Both the position numbers and the translations under genes were made by a program. A DNA stretch of 64,000 bases from an uncultured Spirochaetaceae bacterium. Lineage in GTDB: Bacteria > Spirochaetota > Spirochaetia > Sphaerochaetales > Sphaerochaetaceae. The stretch's first letter is position 1, and each line of letters opens with the position of its first letter. The stretch spans positions 417 through 64,416 of the forward strand of contig CALXLE010000083.1 of NCBI GenBank assembly GCA_944389115.1, in the 5' to 3' direction. Under the pieces are notes generated by a model. It searched no databases and was not told the origin of the DNA. It saw only the letters and a program-made list of their open reading frames with translations. Below, one piece after another: positions 20,902 through 28,411 of the stretch.

Positions 20902-21172
20902 TTTTCCACAGGCTGTGGAAAAGTCAGTGGAAAACCTGTTGAAAACATATTGATAACCTGTGCATATCAGCATAAGTTTTCCACAGGCCTGAAAGACAAA
21001 GAGAAGCAACATGTGGAAACTGTGGAAAACCCACCATTGTTTTACACATAGTTATCCACATTCTAATTCATTTGTATGCAATGCATTATCATAGTTTTCC
21101 ACAATTAGTCAGCCTATTATTATTACTACTATCATCTATTTATGATAATATTAACAATAATAGGAGCACTTT
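20902..21172. promoter_or_regulatory. oriC: oriC candidate 1: DnaA-box cluster plus AT-rich stretch in the dnaA-dnaN gap
   Basis: Boxes: TTTTCCACA at 20902, 20977 and 21095. TTATCCACA at 21052. TTTTACACA at 21040. Reverse TGTGGAAAA at 20914 and 21021, TGTGGAAAC at 21012, AGTGGAAAA at 20926 and TGTTGAAAA at 20937. An AT-rich segment at 21104-21172 abuts dnaN. Confidence 0.75.
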
Positions 21173-22276
21173 ATGAAATTCACATGCAAATGCTCATTGC
21201 TGAGACAGGAAATAGAATATGCGAGCAATTTCGCAAGCAAGAAGAATTCACTCTCGATTTCAAGCAATGTTCTTCTTGAAGTATCAAATGAGCTTCTGAC
21301 AATAAAAGCATATGATCAGCAGATGGGATTCATTTCATCGATTCCAGTATCGGTTTCTGTACCAGGATCAACTACTGTATTCTGTGAAAAGCTGAGCAAT
21401 GTACTTAAGAATACTGAAGATGTTGATATTGAGGTTTTCGAAGATAATGGAATTCTCAATATAAGACCTGTTGATAATGAGAATTTCAGCGCGAATATGA
21501 AGACTATCGAAGCTTCAAGGTTCCCTGAGCTTGAAAGTATTGATGATTCATTGTTCTTCTCTGTTACACAGCGTGATTTCATTGATATGATAGATAAGAC
21601 TTCCTTTGCAGTAGCAGGTGAGGATAATAGGCATTTTCTTACTGGCGTCTACATGGAGAATAAAGAAGATAGACTTGTAATGGTAGCAACTGATGGTAAG
21701 AGACTTGCATGCGTAAAGAGGCAGTTTGAGCAGGAAATACCAGAGTTCAGGCCATGTATAATGTCTGTAAGATTTCTTTCGATGCTGAAGAGTATATCAA
21801 CTGGAGAGGGCGTTCTTTCACTTGCAGTCAAGGAAGGGCTTATCTTCTCAAGAATCGGTGGCAGGACTATATATTCGGCATTGATAGCTGGCAATTATCC
21901 TAATTATGAGAAGGTAATACCAAAGAATCTCGAATATAAGTGTGTTGTAAGAACTGAAGATCTTGAGAAAGCTGTATCTTTCACTTCAATATTCGTCGAT
22001 GAGAAATCCAGGAGAATCTTCGTTGAGATATCCAATGAGAAGATCGATATCTCAGGAGAAAGCACTGATATAGGAGATAGCAGACAAAGCATATCTTGCG
22101 AGTATTCCGGTCCTGATATCAGGATAACGTTCAATTCCTCGCTTCTTCATCTTCCTATAAAGAAAATTGATTCTGAGTTCATGAAGATAATGTTCAGGTC
22201 GGAATCCGCAGCGCTTACTATATCTCCAGAACCGGATAAGGACTATCTTTATGTTCTTATGCCGATGCAGAACTGA
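21173..22276 (+). CDS. dnaN: DNA polymerase III beta sliding clamp
   Basis: 367 aa directly after dnaA with a three-domain clamp-like layout; AGGAG SD upstream. Confidence 0.95.
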   Translation: MKFTCKCSLLRQEIEYASNFASKKNSLSISSNVLLEVSNELLTIKAYDQQMGFISSIPVSVSVPGSTTVFCEKLSNVLKNTEDVDIEVFEDNGILNIRPVDNENFSANMKTIEASRFPELESIDDSLFFSVTQRDFIDMIDKTSFAVAGEDNRHFLTGVYMENKEDRLVMVATDGKRLACVKRQFEQEIPEFRPCIMSVRFLSMLKSISTGEGVLSLAVKEGLIFSRIGGRTIYSALIAGNYPNYEKVIPKNLEYKCVVRTEDLEKAVSFTSIFVDEKSRRIFVEISNEKIDISGESTDIGDSRQSISCEYSGPDIRITFNSSLLHLPIKKIDSEFMKIMFRSESAALTISPEPDKDYLYVLMPMQN

Positions 22277-23364
22277 TGAGATTCAGGAGAGTAGCAATAC
22301 ATAATTTCAGAAATATATCCTCTGCAGATACTTTCGTTGATGCAAAGGATATAATTCTTACTGGTGAAAACGGTCAGGGAAAGACAAATTTTCTTGAGGC
22401 AATCTATACTCTTTCATACGGTTCTTCCTTCAGGACTGCACATCTGAAGGAAGCTGTCAGAAACGGAGCAGAAGGATTCTCTATATCGGCAGAGTTTGAG
22501 AATGAGTATGGTGAAATTGAAAGAATAAATACTTCCTTTGCGGATAATAGACGCAGGATAACTATCGATGGTAAGGAAATCAGCGACAGAAAGGAGCTGA
22601 TATACCATTTTCCATGTATTGCATTTATCCATGATGATATTGGCTTCATAAAAGGTGAACCTGAGGTAAGAAGGAAGTTCTTCGATCAGATGATGAGTCT
22701 TCATTCACCTGTATTTTTTGATTCTCTCAGATCATATAGAGCCGTACTTATGCAGCGTAATGCTGCTATAAGGAATGGAAGAACTGATTTAATGCATCTG
22801 TATGATCAGCGAATGGCCATGCATGGTATTGAGATAATGAAGGAGAGAGCTTTAGCTGTATATGAATTCAATAGAATATTTCCTTCTCTTTTCAGCAGGA
22901 TATCAGGTAGCGATATCGACCTCGATATAAGATATCAGCCATCATGGAATGGACTATCATCGGAAGATGAGATAATTGATTATCTTGAGAGCACGGAAGA
23001 GAGAGATATGAAGATGATGACGACTACAAGCGGCATACATCGTGATAGATTCTCTGTTATGTCGCAGTCTGGGCCATTTTCATCGATTGGATCCACAGGG
23101 CAGATAAGACTCTGCTCTATTCTCTTCAGAATATCGGAAGCCAAATATTTCACGGAGAAAACAGGCAAGAAACCTATACTGCTTATTGATGATGTTCTTC
23201 TTGAGCTTGATGACAGGAAAAGAGCTCTTCTCCTCTCTGAGCTTGATGGATATTCACAGGCTTTCTTTACTTTTCTTCCAAGAGAAAGCTATTTTGGTGA
23301 AAAACGGAGTTCAATAGTATATTCTGTATCCAATGGGGAGTTCTCCAATGCCGATAGAGGTTAA
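22276..23364 (+). CDS. recF: DNA replication/repair protein RecF
   Basis: Walker A GENGQGKTNFLEA, signature region SGGQ-like (STGQIR), Walker B LLIDDV. Confidence 0.93.
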   Translation: MRFRRVAIHNFRNISSADTFVDAKDIILTGENGQGKTNFLEAIYTLSYGSSFRTAHLKEAVRNGAEGFSISAEFENEYGEIERINTSFADNRRRITIDGKEISDRKELIYHFPCIAFIHDDIGFIKGEPEVRRKFFDQMMSLHSPVFFDSLRSYRAVLMQRNAAIRNGRTDLMHLYDQRMAMHGIEIMKERALAVYEFNRIFPSLFSRISGSDIDLDIRYQPSWNGLSSEDEIIDYLESTEERDMKMMTTTSGIHRDRFSVMSQSGPFSSIGSTGQIRLCSILFRISEAKYFTEKTGKKPILLIDDVLLELDDRKRALLLSELDGYSQAFFTFLPRESYFGEKRSSIVYSVSNGEFSNADRG

Positions 23365-23635
23365 AAACATAAGCGATCTTGTATCAGAGTATGTATCGGA
23401 AGTAGGCAAAAGCAGTGGTACTGCGATGCATAGGCTATGGAAAGAGATTGCCGGAAAAGAGCTTGAGGGTATTGCTGAATTCGTTAAAGAAGAGAATGGC
23501 ATGATAATAATATCAGCGAAAGGACCTGCTGCGGCATCTCTTCTCATGCTTAGAAAGAGGAAGATAATAAGCGAATTCAGAAGGAACTTTCCAGATGCTG
23601 GTATCATATCGATGCAGATAAAACGTACATATTGA
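23348..23635 (+). CDS. DUF721 (DciA-like) protein
   Basis: Small basic protein directly after recF, with the pattern W..IAG..L...A....E..G...I....P...S.L. typical of DUF721. GGGGAG lies 7 nt upstream of the ATG at 23348; the alternative start is 23333. Confidence 0.65.
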   Translation: MPIEVKNISDLVSEYVSEVGKSSGTAMHRLWKEIAGKELEGIAEFVKEENGMIIISAKGPAAASLLMLRKRKIISEFRRNFPDAGIISMQIKRTY

Positions 23636-23732
23636 CCTCTGCTATCCCGTTTGATAAAATCTCCTAGCTGTGGTCTTATGCCACTATATGATGATAATAA
23701 CCGCTTAACAGCGTTGGAATTGGAGTAGATCA

Positions 23733-23900
23733 ATGAGTTACAAGGGAAAGAGAACCTATCATCCAAGCAAGATGAAGAGGACAAGGAAGTTCGGTTTCCG
23801 TGCTAGAATGGCTACAAAGGGAGGCCGCTTGGTTCTTGCTCGCCGCCGTGCAAAGGGCAGACACAGCCTCACGGTCAGCGATGAGAAGAAGCCTTACTAA
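23733..23900 (+). CDS. rpmH: 50S ribosomal protein L34
   Basis: 55-aa ORF, too short for the ORF track: [55 protein letters not shown]. It carries the hallmark GFRARM...RRRAKGR. Confidence 0.9.
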   Translation: MSYKGKRTYHPSKMKRTRKFGFRARMATKGGRLVLARRRAKGRHSLTVSDEKKPY

Positions 23901-24243
23901 GAGAGAAATCATAAGAAAGAAACAGGATATCAATCGCATTTTCAGAGAAGGTAAGTCTATATCATGCTCAGGAATGCGGTTGATAAGTTCTTCCAATGAA
24001 TTCGGATATGACCGGATTATAGTAATTCCTGCAAAGCATTACGGAAGGGCAGTAGATAGAAATCTTGTCCGCCGCCGCGTGAAGGAGATATTCAGGTGCT
24101 ATCCGGAGAGAAAGACAGAAGATAATCCTGTTGAAGGAAGAGGGCATGATATTGCCCTCATCGTGTATCCTGGAAAGGTCTCCGATTTCTCTTTGCTTGA
24201 GTCCGGATTCATATCACTTCTGGACAGGGTATACCGGAGATAG
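23881..24243 (+). CDS. rnpA: Ribonuclease P protein component
   Basis: Basic 120-aa protein overlapping the rpmH 3' end by 20 nt, in the classic rpmH-rnpA-yidC order. The start is trimmed to MRRSLTKRE. Confidence 0.85.
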   Translation: MRRSLTKREIIRKKQDINRIFREGKSISCSGMRLISSSNEFGYDRIIVIPAKHYGRAVDRNLVRRRVKEIFRCYPERKTEDNPVEGRGHDIALIVYPGKVSDFSLLESGFISLLDRVYRR

Positions 24244-24312
24244 CTCCATCAGTCTCATCAGCAGAGTTTTTCCTATTCAGCTTTCCAGATACAGATAATC
24301 CAAGGAGTACCA

Positions 24313-26121
24313 ATGGATAGGAATACTATCATTGCTATTGTGCTGTCGGTGATTGTCATCACTGTCGGCATGACAGTCCAGTCTTTTTTCATGGAAGAGG
24401 AGATGGCTGCAGCTGAGCTTACGGCTCAGGAGACTGCAGCAATTGAGGAAAGTGCTTCTTCCGAAGATATACAAGTAATAGAAACCGATATGATAACAGC
24501 TGTCGGTGATGAGCCGGACAGTACACCATTTACTGTCAAGAGCGGTGAATTCGAAATAGAATTCAATCCTGCTGGTGCAGCAATCGAGTCGATAAAGCTT
24601 GTCAATCATTTCGATAATGGAAGTCCTGTTGAACTTATCTACAAGGATTCCGATGATGCCGATATATTCACCATGTATGTAGGCAATACAGCTGTTGATG
24701 ATGTATTCAGGTATGATATATCGGAAATCGATATATCCTCCGTACATGAAGGAAATGATATAACGCGTGTATCATTCATACGTGATTTCCAGACAGCAGA
24801 GGGCGAAGGATTCACAATAGAGAAATCATATGCCATTCCTCTCAATGATGAATTCCTTATTCAGATGTCGGTAAGGATGTATAAAGCTGATGGATCTCCT
24901 GTATCAATAGGAGATGGAAATACGGCTTACACAGTTTCCGTAGGACCTCAGATAGGACCTGCATTCCAGTCTCTCTCATCGAACTATGACTGGAGAAGGC
25001 TCGAGGTCAAATACGCCGAGGATAAGGATAAGAAGAATCTCAGATTCTCAGATGGGCACTATGCTGCGGAAGAAGCTGTTGACTGGATGAGTCTTTCAGG
25101 AAAGTATTTTGCATTTGTTCTTATGCCTGAGGATGATATCGCGATGTCTTCTGTTACTGCGGATGAGGCAACATTCGATACTGGTGTTCCGCAGAAGGAT
25201 ATCATGTATTTCTCAAGAGCAAATGATGGTACTCTTATCGATGATATCTATTCATTCTATGCAGGCCCAAAGGTATCAGGATATCTTGATATCTACAACA
25301 GAATGGGTGAGAACATATTCGGACTCAATGAAAGCAGCCTGAATAAGGTTGTTGATGGTAACTGGCTTTCATGGCTTGAGGCTATCCTCAACTGGATTTT
25401 GCAGTTCTTCCATCGCTTCATACCGAATTATGGTGTAGCTATCATACTGCTGACGATTCTCGTCAAGCTGATACTCCAGCCTCTTTCAAAGAAAGGTATG
25501 GATTCCACTGCTAAGATGGGAGCCCTTACTCCAAAAATCGAGGAAATCAAGCAGAAATTCCCTGATAATCCTGAGGCTCAGAATGCCGCTATGGCAAAGC
25601 TCTATAGGGATGAGGGCATAAATCCAATGGGTTCATGTCTTCCGATGCTTATCCAGTTCCCTATATTTATTGCGCTATATGGCCTTCTGAATACCAATTT
25701 CGATCTCAGAGGATCTATGTTCATACCTGGATGGATACCTGATCTTTCAATTCCTGATACGATCTGCACTCTTCCATTCAGTATTCCTCTTCTTGGACCT
25801 GATATCCATATTCTGCCTATCCTGTACGTTATCTCCATGATTCTTTCAATGAAGATAACGCAGTCGAGTTCAACAGCTGCATCTTCACAGGCTGGCATGA
25901 TGGCATTTATGACATATGGAATGCCAATAATCTTCTTCTTCGTCATGTATAATGCACCGTCCGGTCTTCTTCTTTACTGGTCTACTGTCAACATCATTTC
26001 AATCGGACAGCAGATCTTCGTAAATAAGAAGAAGAAAGCAGTTTTTGCTGAGGAGATAGCTGAGCGTGATGCTGCGAAGCAGGCCAAGAAGGATGCAAAG
26101 AGGAAATCAAGGAGAAAGTAA
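24313..26121 (+). CDS. yidC: Membrane protein insertase YidC (long, periplasmic-domain type)
   Basis: 602 aa with an N-terminal TM segment, a large periplasmic domain, the conserved C-terminal 5-TM core (GVAIILLTILVKL, CLPMLIQFPIFIALY) and a basic tail. Confidence 0.93.
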   Translation: MDRNTIIAIVLSVIVITVGMTVQSFFMEEEMAAAELTAQETAAIEESASSEDIQVIETDMITAVGDEPDSTPFTVKSGEFEIEFNPAGAAIESIKLVNHFDNGSPVELIYKDSDDADIFTMYVGNTAVDDVFRYDISEIDISSVHEGNDITRVSFIRDFQTAEGEGFTIEKSYAIPLNDEFLIQMSVRMYKADGSPVSIGDGNTAYTVSVGPQIGPAFQSLSSNYDWRRLEVKYAEDKDKKNLRFSDGHYAAEEAVDWMSLSGKYFAFVLMPEDDIAMSSVTADEATFDTGVPQKDIMYFSRANDGTLIDDIYSFYAGPKVSGYLDIYNRMGENIFGLNESSLNKVVDGNWLSWLEAILNWILQFFHRFIPNYGVAIILLTILVKLILQPLSKKGMDSTAKMGALTPKIEEIKQKFPDNPEAQNAAMAKLYRDEGINPMGSCLPMLIQFPIFIALYGLLNTNFDLRGSMFIPGWIPDLSIPDTICTLPFSIPLLGPDIHILPILYVISMILSMKITQSSSTAASSQAGMMAFMTYGMPIIFFFVMYNAPSGLLLYWSTVNIISIGQQIFVNKKKKAVFAEEIAERDAAKQAKKDAKRKSRRK

Positions 26122-26124
26122 TAT

Positions 26125-26811
26125 ATGCAGAGCGATTTTGAAGGAAGAACCGAACAGGAAGCTATAGATAAAGCGGTTGAGGAGCTTGGGCTTGATCGTG
26201 ATGAATTCGATGTTGAGATCCTTGAGAGCTCAAAGAAGGGTCTTTTCAAGAAGGGCAATGTCAAGATCAGGGTCTATTATGGAAATGATGATTCTGCAGA
26301 TGAGGATGATACAAGCGTACCAGAAGAAGAGGTAAGCGGTATATTCGATCCCGAACCTGAGAATGATAATGAAAGGAAGATCATTGATTTTATCGAGACG
26401 CTCATTCAGAAGATGGGATATTCCGGAAATGCATTTGTCTCATTCAGACGTGACAGTAAGATAGGAATAGGGATTGAGAGTACAGATTCATCAATACTTA
26501 TCGGAAGAAAGGGAAAGAATCTCGACGCAATCCAGCTTGTAACAAATGTGTTTGCTGGTAATCTTGATCCAGATCTTAAGATTGTCGTTGACAGCGAGAA
26601 TTACAGAATGCGCCATGAAGAGCAGATAATAAGGAATGCGTACAAGACTGCTGAGATCGTAAAGCGCACAGGCCGATCAAGACTTCTGGATCCAATGAAT
26701 CCGTTTGAACGCAGGCTTGTCCATACAGCGCTTAATGATGTTGATGGCGTCGATACAAAGAGTGAGGGTGATGGACTGTATAAGCAGGTAAGGATAATTC
26801 CTGTTAAATAA
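26125..26811 (+). CDS. jag: Jag/KhpB RNA-binding protein (Jag_N, KH, R3H domains)
   Basis: KH-like IGRKGKNLDAIQ and R3H motif ERRLVHTAL; it follows yidC. Confidence 0.85.
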   Translation: MQSDFEGRTEQEAIDKAVEELGLDRDEFDVEILESSKKGLFKKGNVKIRVYYGNDDSADEDDTSVPEEEVSGIFDPEPENDNERKIIDFIETLIQKMGYSGNAFVSFRRDSKIGIGIESTDSSILIGRKGKNLDAIQLVTNVFAGNLDPDLKIVVDSENYRMRHEEQIIRNAYKTAEIVKRTGRSRLLDPMNPFERRLVHTALNDVDGVDTKSEGDGLYKQVRIIPVK

Positions 26812-26830
26812 GTATAAGCTGTCTTTGCTG

Positions 26831-26858
26831 AGGGCTGTTTAATCAGCCCTTTTCTATT
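26831..26858 (+). terminator. Rho-independent terminator after jag
   Basis: AGGGCTG-TTTAAT-CAGCCCT followed by TTTCTATT. Confidence 0.55.
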
Positions 26859-26886
26859 GACAGATTATTATAGTAATGATACTTTA

Positions 26887-26903
26887 TTGATAATAATTAT
26901 CAA
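26887..26903. promoter_or_regulatory. Fur/PerR-family operator (TTGATAAT-A-ATTATCAA, perfect 8-1-8 palindrome)
   Basis: Contains the 7-1-7 Fur-box core TGATAATnATTATCA. It sits between a TTGACA (26857-26862) / TACTTT promoter and the first ATG of the Fur-family gene. Confidence 0.75.
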
Positions 26904-26904
26904 T

Positions 26905-27330
26905 ATGAAAGAAAGACGGAACACAATGCAGAAGGAGCTCACATATGATGCTGTGCTCCACTATCCAGGGCATCCAAGTGCTGATGATGTCTATAAGGTG
27001 ATTTCATCGCGGTATAAGTCGATATCGAAAGCGACAGTATACCGTAATCTTGCTACGCTCTGTGAAGAAGGAAAAATCGGCAGGGTGATTCCTACTGATG
27101 GGTGGGAAGCCCGCTTCGATCATCGTACTGAGGAGCATGCCCATGCTGTATGTACTTTCTGCGGCAATGTTTTCGATGTTGATGTATCATATGATAAGAA
27201 TATATTCAGCAAAGCGGTTTGCATGGAAGATGGATTTATCATTACATCCCATGAACTGATATTTGAAGGTATCTGCAGAGATTGCAGAGAGAAGGAGAAG
27301 GAAAATGGAACTGAAAGGATCAAGGACTGA
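26905..27330 (+). CDS. Fur-family metalloregulator (PerR-like by context)
   Basis: Winged-helix region (ATVYRNL) plus HxH and CxxC...CxxC (CTFCG ... CRDC) motifs. The alternative start is the ATG at 26926. Confidence 0.8.
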   Translation: MKERRNTMQKELTYDAVLHYPGHPSADDVYKVISSRYKSISKATVYRNLATLCEEGKIGRVIPTDGWEARFDHRTEEHAHAVCTFCGNVFDVDVSYDKNIFSKAVCMEDGFIITSHELIFEGICRDCREKEKENGTERIKD

Positions 27331-27844
27331 GAAGAATCTTCAGGCAGCGTTTGCTGGTGAGAGCCAGGCAAGAAACAAGTACACATACTTCGCTTCCAAG
27401 GCAAAGAAGGAAGGATATGAGCAGATTGCAGCTATCTTCCTTGAGACAGCTGAGAATGAGAAGGAGCATGCTAAGCTTTGGTTCAAGTATCTCGAGGGTG
27501 GTGATATCAAGTCTACATCCGAGAATCTCAAGGCAGCTGCAGAGGGCGAGAACTATGAGTGGACAGATATGTATGCTGAGTTCGCTAAGGTAGCTGAGGA
27601 AGAGGGATTCAAGGAAATCGCAGCAAAGTTCAGGGGCGTTGCAGCGATTGAGAAGCATCATGAGGAGAGATATCTTGCTCTTCTTAAGAATGTGGAGGAA
27701 GGACTCGTATTCTCAAGAGATGGCGAGATGATCTGGAAGTGCAGAAACTGCGGTCATATCGTGGTAGGAAAGAAAGCTCCTCAGATGTGCCCAGTATGTG
27801 CTCATCCTCAGGCATATTTTGAGCTTGTTGGACAGAACTACTGA
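27305..27844 (+). CDS. rbr: Rubrerythrin
   Basis: Di-iron ExxH motifs ([19 protein letters not shown]) and a C-terminal rubredoxin-like CRNCGH...CPVC. Confidence 0.9.
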   Translation: MELKGSRTEKNLQAAFAGESQARNKYTYFASKAKKEGYEQIAAIFLETAENEKEHAKLWFKYLEGGDIKSTSENLKAAAEGENYEWTDMYAEFAKVAEEEGFKEIAAKFRGVAAIEKHHEERYLALLKNVEEGLVFSRDGEMIWKCRNCGHIVVGKKAPQMCPVCAHPQAYFELVGQNY

Positions 27845-27870
27845 TTTATCCTCTAATCAAGATAAGATGG

Positions 27871-27910
27871 CGCTGCTGGTGTTCCCCACTGGCAGCGTTT
27901 TCTTTCTTTT
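27871..27910 (+). terminator. Rho-independent terminator after rubrerythrin
   Basis: 11-bp stem CGCTGCTGGTG / CACTGGCAGCG (two G-U pairs) followed by TTTTCTTTCTTTT. Confidence 0.65.
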
Positions 27911-28075
27911 CCCTGATCTTTGTTTTGCTCCAGCTATTTCAGCTTTTTTTACTGCATCATATTATTCTGATTTCTGATTATGGATTGTGTTTATCATCTG
28001 ATTTCATATCCAATGGTCTGGGTATTCATTCAATGGAGGATAATAATAGTCCGTTAGAAGGACACTACATATGGT

Positions 28076-28348
28076 TTTTCCACAGGTTTTCCACAGGTTT
28101 GTGGAAATGCAGTGGAAAAGTCCCTGAAAGCGGTGGAAAACTCGGTTTGCCTAATCTTTGCCTACAGATATTATTTTTCTGATAACTTCTTTAAATATAT
28201 AGAGTTAAAAATAGTCAATACAATAAGAAAATTATTGGATTTATATAAAATCTACATTAAGAGGATGTTTACTTTTCCACCGTTTATATCCAGTTATTCA
28301 CTGAGTTTTCCACAGGTTTTCCACAACATTGTCTACATACTATCCACA
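28076..28348. promoter_or_regulatory. oriC-like locus 2: nine DnaA boxes flanking a ~130-bp AT-rich core
   Basis: Forward TTTTCCACA at 28076, 28087, 28306 and 28317, TTTTCCACC at 28273, CTATCCACA at 28340. Reverse TGTGGAAAT at 28100, AGTGGAAAA at 28111, GGTGGAAAA at 28132. AT-rich core at 28141-28272. Confidence 0.75.
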
Positions 28349-28411
28349 GGCTAATTCGCAATGTATAAGGGAGTTAGCAGGAAGATAGTACACCATGTAT
28401 GTTTTATGGTC

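Noticed and set aside
28076-28325. Repeated TTTTCCACAGG units as a possible CRISPR or minisatellite
   Set aside because: The repeat unit is only 9-11 bp and occurs in both orientations. There are no uniform spacers and no cas genes. It matches DnaA-box consensus instead.
27925-28354. ORF-track ORFs 27925..28182 (85 aa) and 28112..28354 (80 aa) in the rbr / AAA+ gene gap
   Set aside because: They use TTG/GTG starts without an SD. They are translations of the DnaA-box repeats and AT-rich core (FHRFSTGLWK, VENSV...). No coding-like composition is visible, so the region is better explained as a regulatory or origin-like element.
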